From positions 1,550,001-1,614,000 of the forward strand of contig NW_025767546.1 in assembly GCF_003918875.1 (NCBI RefSeq): DNA of 64,000 nt, written 5' to 3'. This DNA comes from Haliotis rubra. Its lineage: Eukaryota. This document shows, in pieces, positions 11,547 through 22,384 of this stretch (positions within the stretch are counted from its first letter, which is position 1; each line of letters opens with the position of its first letter). A program made the position numbers and the translations under genes. The notes beneath the pieces were generated by a model. The model was not told where the DNA came from, did no database searches, and saw only the letters and a list, made by a program, of their open reading frames with translations.

Positions 11547-14476
11547 ATGGCGGAAACTCGTTTACCGAACGCAGGTGAAATAAGTTTATAATCAGTGACA
11601 TGTGCGTCAACTGATTTTACACATTAACATCAAATAGAAATACATATAACGTTGTAATTAACTAATCATATTAACCTTTGTTGCATCAAATATCCTATCC
11701 AGCATGATAGACACGAAAAGCTTACCGATGAAGCATGAACTTTGTCAGGTAGAAGCGAAACAAGGAAGTTGGGTTAGAGCTGAGACCGGTGTGAGTGGCA
11801 TCAAAGATTCTGGCCTAACTTTCTTCGGAAATATAGTACTGGTCCTGGTATGATTTGTAGTGAAGCACTCTGAAGCAGTTTAAGTGCATAGCATTACACC
11901 AACTCGTCAGATGCAGGTAAGCAGGGAGTTAGCTCCCTTGTATCGCATCCCACAGTGCTTTGAGGTGCTGGACTAAATATAGGCACAACTCATCGTATAT
12001 TATCAGCAGCAAGATTTTACTGTGGTGATATTGTTCTGCGAAGGCAGATTCAGATATAGTACTGCTTAGACAATATGGCCCAGAACATAGGTAGGACTGT
12101 TGATGATCAATCTGTTGGTATGGCAAATACCATGGTTACTAGTAATTATCCCCTGTGGTGATATTGATGATATGCTACAGTCTTTGTATCGACTAATTGT
12201 CAATAATGTGATATAGTATTTCCCTGCAGATTACAGTTCTTATTGGGTTGTACCATATGACTGTGTCTCTCAACATCTTGACTGTTATATGTTTGATTGG
12301 CATTTTAGAAGATGCTATTTGATGAACATAGAGAATTTTCTGGGTTTCACCTTCTTTTTATTGTTTGGTACAACGTTTCAGGGCTTGTTTCGGCCTCATC
12401 ATCAGGTTGGTACAACGTTTTCAGGGCTTGTTTCGGCCTCATCATCAGGTTGGTACAACGTTTTCAGGGCTTGTTCTGGCCCCCATCATCAGGTAGAACT
12501 AAGGGTGCTGTCCTTTAGTTCTACCTGATTATCAGTGTCCTTAGTTCTACCTGACGATCAGTGTACTTTAGTTCTACCTGATGATGGGGCCAGAACAAGC
12601 CATGAAACGTTGTACTAAACAATAAAACGAAGATGAAACCCAGAAAATTCTCTATGTTCACCCAGAGACCATATGGTCTCTGGTTCATCTTGATTGTTGT
12701 GAAAATGTTTTAAGTGCATTCAATGAACAATGTGAAATACTGGGATAATAGCAGAGACCATGTTTGGTCTCTGGTGATAGTAAGTTATGTAGTTCAAAGG
12801 ATTCAAGATGAAGCAAAATCTATTTGAATAGTTTAGTCCTGTTGATTATTGCTCAATTCGACAAGTTAATCTTCATGCTATGACTGTTATGTGTAAATAT
12901 TAAAGTATTGGAATTATGATTGTCTTGGCACTGAAATCCCATTGTTTAAGGAGATCATGGTTTACAACACTACACATTTCTGATAGTTTAGGTACATGGA
13001 GTTGTAACACCTGTGAGTAACAGTATGTAACATTATGTGCATCGTCAGTGACCTCAGAGGAGCTGGACTTGAAGACTGTGCGAGTCGTGCTGGTTGTCGA
13101 GGGCCTGGAGGTTGGACACCTTGGTGGCAAGAAGAATGCAGATGTCCTTGTTGACTTTAAGGAAACGTGAGATTGATACCACAGTTAGATAGCTTACATA
13201 GATCATGGAGATGATTTCTTTCTTTCATGACCATTGATGTTGATGTCAGTCATTGCCACCTTCTGTGCATAATTGGTTCTTCTCTCTTAAATAGATTTTA
13301 TTGGTGTATTCAGTGCAAAAATAAAGGTAAGCATAAAGGCTTGTGATGTTATCAGTGTGTAAGTCTTTGCAAAACTAAAATATTACACTGTGGACAATTT
13401 GATTCTTCCCATTTTGTACTGACTTTCTTCACAAACCCTGACCCTAGTGTCAGCCACTGAGAATGTCAAGATAAATATTTCGGTAAATATATTATTTTCA
13501 GATCACTTTGTGTGCAAGCAGAAGTACGCAGAAAGAAGGGTGTTGTGAAATACAAGCAGGTCATCAAGAAGCTTCCTGGAGAAATAGATCCTGACAAATG
13601 TTCCTTCAAGGTAACGTTGCAAGTTGCAATTTGTTTATTAAATCATTTCAGTCAAAATAGACACAAATTCTTTTCTCTTTTCAAAATAAGACAAAATTTC
13701 TTGAAAAATATACATGTGCACATGATAAATTAAACATGTTTGTTGATCCAGATGTACTTGTGGCTCAGATGGTAATAAATAACATGTTGGCATCAAATGA
13801 AAACTGTGGTTCGTATGAGAAATCCAGTGTGTTATATATCCAGTCTATTTTGATTAATTCCCTGACTGCATATTGCAGTACTCCTGTGAAGATCATGCTT
13901 GTCGTAAGATCGGGTGGTCAGGCTTGCTGACTTGGTTGACATATGTCATCGCATCCCAATTACTGTTGATCACTGGACTGTCTGGTCCAGACTTGATTAT
14001 TTACTGACCGGCGCCATATAGCTGGAATATTGCTGAGTGCGGCATTAAACACCAACCAGCCAGCAGTCTCTTCACCATCTCTCCCGTCTTTAACATAGCA
14101 GAAAATCATAACAAACACAGTTATCACTCAAGAGTGATTTGATTGAACGTTCAAATTGGTGTCAAGATGATGCTATGTTGGCAGGAGGACTGAGAGTATT
14201 TATCCAAATGGAATGGTCAATCAATACTCTTGATAATTAATGACATTAGAATAGAGTTTTCTTTAGCTCTCCTAGATGGCATGGAACTTTGTTCATTGTA
14301 TTTGTCTATCTTGTCCACTGTCTGTCCATGTTTGGTGATGCTGATACCAACTTCACTGTTTTCAGTTCAAGAAGGACCAGATCATCCTGGACCTGAAGAA
14401 GAAGGAGGAGTCCTCCTGGGCGGTACAGCTGTCTACATCAGGGCTGGAACAAGCCTCCTCTGATGAAAGTGACTAA
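11547..14476 (+). CDS. Small stand-alone CS (CHORD-SGT1/p23/HSP20-like) domain protein, ~121 aa
   Basis: Exons 11547-11574, 13049-13166, 13502-13610, 14366-14476 (366 nt, phases match). VLVDFKETSL.V..KLPGEIDPDKCSFKFKKDQIILDLKKKEESSWAVQL fits the CS-domain C-terminal pattern (I.P..S......I.I.L.K.....W..L). The first exon is less certain. Confidence 0.75.
12323..12660. mobile_element. Penelope-like inverted pseudo-LTR pair in intron 1 of the CS gene
   Basis: Left arm 12323-12502 is the reverse complement of right arm 12567-12660, with internal ~43-bp tandem duplications. Each arm has CTGATGA..GAAACGTT followed by AATAAA. Confidence 0.65.
12567..12619 (+). ncRNA. Minimal type I hammerhead-ribozyme-like motif
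   Basis: TTTAG-TTC-TAC | CTGATGA (12578-84) T | GGGGC-CAGAACAA-GCCAT | GAAA (12604-07) C-GT-T | GTA-CTAAA. Stem I TAC/GTA plus TTTAG/CTAAA; palindromic AACGTT stem III; one mismatch in stem II. Confidence 0.55.
13883..14062 (+). mobile_element. SINE family B, internally deleted
   Basis: CATGCTTGTCGTAAGA..GGGTGGTCAGGCTTGCTGACTTGGTTGAC..GCTGGAATATTGCTGAGTGCGGC. Confidence 0.8.
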
Positions 14477-14568
14477 CATGTATTATGTCTGTGTCTCACT
14501 GCCAGATGTGTTGTATCTGGTCAATGTCTGTAACCTATGCTGTCAATCTTGTTGCTCATCTGTTTCAA

Positions 14569-14603
14569 CTCAAGCATGACGTTAAACCCAATTTCACCTC
14601 ACC
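14569..14603 (+). mobile_element. 35-bp 5'-truncated tail of SINE family C (or of its partner LINE) in the CS-gene 3' region
   Basis: CTCAAGCATGACGTTAAACCCAATTTCACCTCACC matches the tail at 45311-45355; TSD CATCTGTTTCAA at 14557-14568 and 14604-14615. Confidence 0.8.
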
Positions 14604-17600
14604 CATCTGTTTCAATGATCATTAGGCAAACATTTTGAATGTGACATTTTTGTATGTCGGTTACAGAATAATGAGAATATGTCCCAAAGGTTTAGTGACA
14701 TGGGATAAGAGCTTTAAGGCTGATTTGGCTTGTTTGATTTTTGTCTTGCATATTACATTAGCATGTCTTGTTTTGGAAGTCTGTCCTATGATAAAACTGT
14801 TTACACAAATCAATCTTGATTAGATTCTTTCCATTTGAGGTTTACCAGTCATACCAGTATTTGTTTTTAAAAACAAGGAAAACTTGAACATGTGTTAAAG
14901 GTACATGTAAAACATATATATATGCTTTCATGAAAGGACAACGGATAATATCCTGTCATGTGGTACTCTTGATTCATTTCAGCAGTTCAGGTCAGAACAA
15001 CAAATTTATGATCAATTAGGGCTTGAGGTAGGTGGAGACTTAAAGAGTTTATGCTTTCCAGTAGGTAGCATATGTTTGATTAGTTTGCTTGATAGTAGCT
15101 TGGACTGTATTGTTATGAAGTTACTTGCTCAAGAAGATATGGAAGTGTATGTGCTTGCCTCTTGATCAAATATATCAAGAACCATGAAATCAGTAATTTA
15201 AAATTAAGCACCTTGATGCAATGAAAACATATCTTACATTTTCTGGTCCACTGATGTATTGCTGACCTTTTCACTGAGATAATAAATATAAAATCAAAAT
15301 ATACATCAAGATATGATCAGGAAGTTTAAATGCGTTATATTTATTACATGGCATATCTTTGATTCTGATGGTCAGTTTAGACGGAATAAGTGCTCTTATT
15401 GTTTTTAAAGATTGAGGCTAATTTGTGTACTATAATTGGCAGGCATATTTACTGATACAGAATTCATCTTTTTGTAAGGTATTTTCAGTAGCCAGAGACT
15501 ATATATGCAGCATTTGAACAACTGTTATTAAAATGTAATAGCTCGGATATTGTTTGATCTTCATTATTCAGATATGTTTAATAAGTATAAGAATCGTAAT
15601 TTATTGTTAACTGTCATTGAACACTATTTTGAGAATGAAACCTGTGCTCTTTTGTATGTTAAATAACTACGCAGGGATTAATAACATATATCATGCACAT
15701 GTTTTAATCGATGTAGCATTTTGCACACTTTATTGTTAACAACCATCTGTTTTCCTTGTGATGTCCAGCTTTACGATGTAACTATTACTGCACACAAAGA
15801 ATAAAATGTGGAGATGAGGAAATCATTTCATTTCAAATCCCCTTATGCAACAATGTTTTAAGTCTGGTATGTCCATCTCCATTGCTCGGACTGCCAACAG
15901 GACCTGTGCAATCCCAAAATATGCTGAACCAACAAACTTTCATACAGTCTTATATACAGGTCATTAGTTCAAAGAGATATCACACTCTTCCACATCTTGT
16001 TGTTGCAAAAACTGTTCATACGTTATTCATAGAATCAATAAAGTACCCCAAAAAAAAAAAAGAAAAGATTTCTAATTTTTCACATCCTCACATATTGCAA
16101 ATATTGTTTGCTCATCAATTTGGGAACTTGACCAAAACATAGGGATCAGAGTTTGATATTTGCCACAAATTCTTTTGTCAACTTTGTAGCACTTTGATTT
16201 TAGAATTACTGGTTCTAAGTCATGTTAAAAAATATGTGACTAGCGGACCAGTGTATTAGATGAACTTTGCATGTCAGTTATGTTGATGATTGTCGACTTT
16301 CACTTGTTGAATTACACAGGCACTGCCATTTTCTAGTACCGTATTTGCTCAATGATAGAACTGTTTTAACTGTTATCATATAGTTAGTAAATAGTCAGAT
16401 TAGAGTAACAAAACTGAAAAGCTAAGTCTTTGAAACTCATGACAATGTTTTGATGAGGAAATAATTTAATCTAGATAAATCGCATGTATTTTTCTAAGTC
16501 ATTAATGGCAAAGATTACATTTTATTTCAGATGTATTTACTTTCCTAGTATTGCTGTTTTGTTATCATCTTATTTTACTGTTATGTTATTATATTCCTGA
16601 AAGCACTAATAATCCTTTGTAGCAGGATATATTTTATCATTTGTTAAAATCATGTTACAAGTTTCAGTGAGTAACGTTTTACTCTTGTACTTGTGCGATT
16701 GATTCATGTGTATTTCATTTGCTGACTTGCATGTGTCAAAAGGTATACACGAAAACTATTCCATTAGTAAAATGTCAGTTAAGCCATGACAAATGATAGC
16801 TGAAAATTGTACTTTTGATTATGTTACATAAATGCCAATTTGTTTGATAAAATTGTTTTATAAAATTGTAATTGGAACTCAAGGGTTAACACTTCATTGA
16901 ATCTCCTTTTTGTATTTTGTGAACATCTTTTTAGGGAGTTTTCTTCTCAGTCATGTTTTAACAAGTTATAAACATATACATTTTGCTTTAAATTACACAT
17001 TGTTTAGAATAAAAGATCTATTGTGATTACATTATACATATGACGTTTGACTGTAGTCTTGAATACATCAGTTAACTAACAATGCAAATGCTAACCTGAG
17101 TACATTGTTTTCATTGACAGTGAATATTAAACAGTGAAATTAACCATAGCAATGGAATAAATGGCATTAAACAAAGAGGGTAGAGCTTAAGATTAGTACT
17201 TAAATGAATGAATATCTGGTTTCGTGAACCATGTCATAATCCCCATGAAATTGATACTAGTCTTTCCTGAATTTTTGTAGTCTCCGACTGGCACACCTTT
17301 CTTAAATTTGCACTCTGAATGCAAAAGTTTTCATGCCTTGGTTGTATTCATTCACTTTAAGGTTACTGGTGTGGAAATGACCTGTGTTGAACAAATTGAA
17401 ATGTGACCATATTTAGTCTTACAGTATATGCAATTTGACTTTTATCATTAGTATTTCATGTATATGAAGAACAGTGAGTAAAACTTACTTTTTTTGTAGA
17501 GTTTGTTCATTTTATTGTCATTACTGTTATTTTTTAAATTGGTTTTGGAAAAGATTATCATTCAGCCAATTAAAAGATAGGGCAAGGGTCAGAGACATGG

Positions 17601-17699
17601 CAGGGACTTGGGAAAAGGACAACCACAGGGGACAGGCGAAAGAAGAGACAAGTGCTGGGTTATGTGCAATGTTGCACTGGTTGGGGCTGTAGTAGGACG

Positions 17700-17902
17700 G
17701 AGGTTAAGATCTCAGGTTTTATCTAGGATATAAGCAGTCATAAATTCTCAGGCTGGGGCTATACTATGACCTAGGTTAACATCTCAGGTTGGATCTAGGA
17801 TATGAACAATGTTAAGTTCTCAGGCTGGGGCTATACTATTCCCTATTAAGATCTCAGGTTGGATCTAGGATATTGGGAATGTTAAGTTCTCAGGCTGGGG
17901 CT
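17700..17902. repeat. ~72-bp tandem repeat, 3 diverged copies
   Basis: TTAAGATCTCAGGTTGGATCTAGGATAT...TTCTCAGGCTGGGGCT repeated. Confidence 0.75.
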
Positions 17903-19480
17903 GAGCTGGAGACATGGCTAAGAAACAATCTAGGGTAGAGAGTAGGATGGGAACTCCAATACGGGTGCTTGGAAAGATTTGGGATGGGGAACAAGGTAGG
18001 GTTTGTTGTATGGCATGATCTGTTGCGACAGTCTGCAATATTGCAGCCCAATCACCTACCCATGTTGTGCTACCACAGGCCATGGAAACAAAATTAGAAA
18101 GCATCAACATTGAGCGTAGGCTTCTTCAAGTGGTGACCGAAAAAATATACTTTAACTACTAAATTCAGAATAGTATATGTTCAGTCGTCCTTTGCTGGAC
18201 ATAACCTCGATCGTGAACATGTAAATGTATGATGTGGATGTAAGATGAAGAAACATCAAGCTGACCTGTTGTTTATGGATGGTGCACATCCTCGAGTAAG
18301 AGTATATATTTTTTTATTACATAAATTTCCACAGTATCCCAGTTGATTGAGATTAGAAAAACGTTTGTTGTTTCCACGTGGGAATAAAAATTCAGGGCGG
18401 GCGTGAGGGAAGAGGAAAACTGAAAAAGTACGAGTGAGTGAGTTGGATTTTACTCCGCTTCTAGCAATATTCCAACAATAGGGGGATAGCAGAAATCGGT
18501 TTCACACGAAAAAGAACGAACATCCTGAGGGACGTGAGACGACCAAATATAATAAATGACAGGTTGGAATGCAAATTTTACTTTAATAATATTGCAGATA
18601 TATAAAAACATACCATTAGCAACTATGAAATGAAGTCCGCCATGTGAACAGTTGTTAAATGTTGAATGTTGAATGCTCACGGAAACGGCTACTCTAACTA
18701 AATGTTAAGAGACCACATTCTCAGGATATGGTTTAATGAGTCACTTTCATTCAGCAGTTGCACATCAGTCGACTAAACCATTACAGTTTTAAGTTTTACA
18801 TTTGCATTTAAGTCAACTGTGAATATAAATTGTATGGTGCCTCTATTCTTTTACGATACATACACTAGACACACACGTTGCCTGAAGTTCATGGGCACGT
18901 AAGTGTAACATTTTGGGGCAGGTGGAATCCTTCAGATCTGCCTCAAAATGGCGGTATTGTAGGGACTGTCGAGGTATATATATATCATAACAGAATGGAG
19001 GTATTGTCGAGTTAACGTAGGGGACATATATAACTAAAATAATCACAGGTAGGCTTTTGTGACATTTCATGAGAGTAACTATTCAAGCACCCATCACCCA
19101 AAACCAATTGTAAGACTATAAGGCTACAGAAGCTACTTGTTTTGGTGCTGACGTCACACTGATCTGTGCGTGTATTAATGGTCATGTTTCAATCAAAACA
19201 GATTTTTGAAGTGGTCTGCGTGATCCGGAGCTCGAGCACACCACAATCGAAAGGAAACGTAAAAACATTAGTCAAAACCTTTCTCTGACCTTCACATGAT
19301 TGTCGTTGTCCTGGAGACGTGTAAATCCACGATCAAACACATTGATGTTTATCAACACACAAATGTCCAGAACTCAAACTTTTCCTTTTCCCTGTTTTGT
19401 TGAACAATGTTTTTGTTTTTTTTCCGGTGGCCGTTCTTCCTCACATAAATACACCATTCTTTATCACACAGATATAAAAT

Positions 19481-21136
19481 TCAACTTTCTTCTTCCTTCA
19501 GCTCTTCTTCGTGAAGCTGCACGTGCTGCTCAACCCCAAATCGAAACTTACAGTTACCAGAGAGGTCAAAGGTTACTAATCTTTTCTCTATCACGAAGCC
19601 TTTCCTTTCATTTTCTCGTTTCATAATGTCCGCAAAGTCTCCTTCAATTGTTTGAACAAAACAGTTATTTTCTCTCAGATTTGTCACAACGACCAAAACA
19701 CGACCTTTGATCTTGACCTGCATCTTGAAGGACGCGTTGAACTCCTGCTCCTTGATGACCAGCTCGGCAATGGTCCTGTGTTTAGGCGGGACTTTGATGC
19801 TGCTGTTGATGGACCATGTCATGGCCTCCTCCTGCACGCTCTCCTCAGCTGTCTGCATGTTCACCTCGCGACCAAATCCTGCTGTGGCAGAAGCGACCTC
19901 TTCCGGCAAACCCAGTTTGACCTCGAGGCTAAATCCTTTGGTGAATCCTTTCGAGACCTCCGTGGTGCAGCAGGACACGGTAGTGCGCTCGGTGTTGAAG
20001 GAATGTTCTTGTTCTTGCGACGTCCAGTTTTCATACTTGGATCTGAAACGTGATGGATTAATGTGTACAGGGTACGATGGAGGGGCATTGTGACGCTGAT
20101 GTGGCTCGCTATGTACAATAACGAAAGCTGTACTCAATTCTATTAAATCTTCGAATCCACGAAGAGAATAGAATCCATGTGTGACAATTTCTGTATTGAT
20201 ACTATTTACTTTTCAGGACCAATTCTTGTCGGTCCTATAAAAGAGAAAGGAATACGCTCCTCAATGACGTTTTAAACTAAAGACGTTGCCGTCCAAAAGT
20301 CTTGCGAACACAATTCGGTGAAAAGTTTGATAAGACATTGCATGTATAACAAACGGATAACTGCCAAGTGGTTGAGATTCTTTGACTACTATTGAAATAA
20401 TAACACTGCACTAAACATAAAATACAAATCGGTATAACTTCCTTCTTATTGATATCCATTAAAACCTAGGTAAATAATCATATTCAGTTTCAGTTCATCA
20501 ACTGAAGTTGCTATACAAATATATAGTCCATATCAAAAATAAATACTAAGGTCACTTAATGATATTACTATATCATCTGACAAGAAAACACAAATATCCT
20601 ATCAAGATTATTTATAAATATAGATATTATGGTATTGTTTTTTAATGTGGTCTATGTATATTTGTAGCAACTTCAGTTGATGAACTGAAATTGAATATGG
20701 TTAGATATACGAGTTTTACGAATGAAGTGAGTTGTGCTTGGGTAAATCCAGCCATACGTTTTGATCGTAACTTAAGGTTAAGACCTGACGTAAGTAGTCA
20801 CGTGAAAGAAGACGTCAACCATTACACAGGTACAGTTACAATCTTGTGATTTACGATCACGTTGGCGCTACGCTTGTTTTGTGGAACGGAGCCCCGATTG
20901 TAACAGTACGGTTTAGTGCTAACTTACCTGAAGACGATCTGACTGTTGGGTTTCTCCAGCGACACCCTGTCGGTGAACTCCGGCGTGGACGACACGAACC
21001 TCACCCTGTTCCAGTTGACCTCCAACTGCACGTCCTCGTATTTCAACTTGGAGTGGTCCTTAGACCGGGTCTTCATGAAGGTCTCCCATCCCCAGATCTT
21101 CACCTTCTCCTCGATATCGATCATGTCGGACGGCAT
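19481..21136 (-). CDS. Aerolysin/ETX-MTX2-family beta-pore-forming protein (LIN-24-like), 256 aa
   Basis: Exons 21136-20928 and 20042-19481 (771 nt; junction IVFR|SKYEN). YENWTSQEQEHSFNTERTT, Ser/Thr-rich strands, an alternating hairpin GFTKGFSLEVKLGLP..ASATAGFGREVNM and WSINSSIKVPPKHRTIAELVIKE are typical of the ETX/MTX2 pore module. Confidence 0.85.
20479..20700. repeat. Fold-back inverted repeat in the intron of the pore-forming gene
   Basis: CATATTCAGTTTCAGTTCATCAACTGAAGTTGCTA... versus ...TAGCAACTTCAGTTGATGAACTGAAATTGAATATG. Confidence 0.8.
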
Positions 21137-21763
21137 CCTGGAACTTCAACGGGAACACACGTGGTAACACACACAGCCTCGTGTATCAGGGCCACACCAT
21201 GTACTCATATAAACACAGCAGACGTACATGTACCCGCACTGGAAACATTAACATCCTCGTACTAATAGACAGAGTTGCACATCCTAGGACTGAAGATAAG
21301 ACTTTATAGATCCCGGCACTGATAGGACAGGTCGAGTTATTACATCCCGGCATTGATAGGACAGGCAACAGATGTGCCCAAGGGTCGTCAGTCGGTGACA
21401 TACTGGGTGGCGAATTCATAAGTTGGATCAATACTCAAACTGAGGAACGAAGGAAAGGTTTTGTTGAGATGAATTACCGACAACGGAAGAAGCTCACTTA
21501 TGGCTGAGAACCATGAGCGATTGACTACTTGATAGTCTTAGAGTACTAGATACATTTGAAAATATTCATATTGAAGATCTAAATGTACAGAAAATCAAAC
21601 TTTCCATTCCTGTAGAACAAAATCAGATAAAACCTGTGACAAAAGTCGATAAGTTAGAAGACACTGTCATTATACATATTTATACATTCGATAACAATCT
21701 AAACAAAGAGTTATGAGAGGCAAAGTGTTGATTGAAGTATTGTTATTTCTCACATACAAATGA

Positions 21764-21890
21764 GCAGGGCTGTAACGATGCATCGAACTATCGATGGATT
21801 GCAATTGTTGAGATTCCGATAGCAATTAATCGATGGTAGAAACGAAAAACTATCGATGTATCGATAGTATGTGTGACTATCGATAATTTA
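21764..21890. mobile_element. Probable hAT-like transposon end with ATCGAT subterminal repeats
   Basis: CAGGGCTGTAACGATGCATCG followed by several ATCGAT motifs; the other end was not found. Confidence 0.4.
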
Positions 21891-22155
21891 GTAATTGACT
21901 TCTTTGATAAATGCGCAGCGCAAAATACAGGAGGTACCCGATTCGTTCCCTTTGATTTAGGGTTATCCGCCTCTGTTACCTGTTAAACAATCTTATTCTG
22001 GGTTTCAAGTTTCTTGTCAGCTATTAAAAGAGACTTCAAACTATACATTCATTTGGGAAATGACTTCAAATAAGACAATTCAAGGAGGGAAAAACTATTG
22101 CAATAGTTGTTTCCCCCCTCAATAGTCACCCCTACAAATGAGGTTCTTTATGCAC

Positions 22156-22384
22156 TGGGGCCTTATTCTCGAAACGTTCGTAGCCCTAAGAATTCTTAAC
22201 TTTGTGTTAAGAATGGGCTTAAGAAGTTCGTAGGGCTACGAACGTTTCGAGAATAGCTAGCCTGGGGCTCCTTTCACGAAGCAACCTTTACTAAGGTTAA
22301 CCTTAACTCCTATTCTTTAACATTGCACTATGGTTACCTTAGTGACTTACGATCACCTTAGTGCTTTGTGAAAGGAGGCCCAGG
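22156..22384. mobile_element. Two abutting palindromic MITEs (22156-22264 and 22263-22384), possibly PIF/Harbinger-type
   Basis: The first is the reverse copy of 915-1021. The second has ends GGGCTCCTTTCACGAAGC / GCTTTGTGAAAGGAGGCCC. Both are flanked by CTG/CAG. Confidence 0.7.

Noticed and set aside
20479-20700. Hammerhead motif in the TTGATGAACTGAAA fold-back
   Set aside because: Lacks the CUGANGA core and a stem II; an ordinary inverted repeat.
19300-21265. Plus-strand ORFs overlapping the pore-forming gene (and similar ones opposite SCYL2 and the SDR)
   Set aside because: Antisense shadows of real coding exons.
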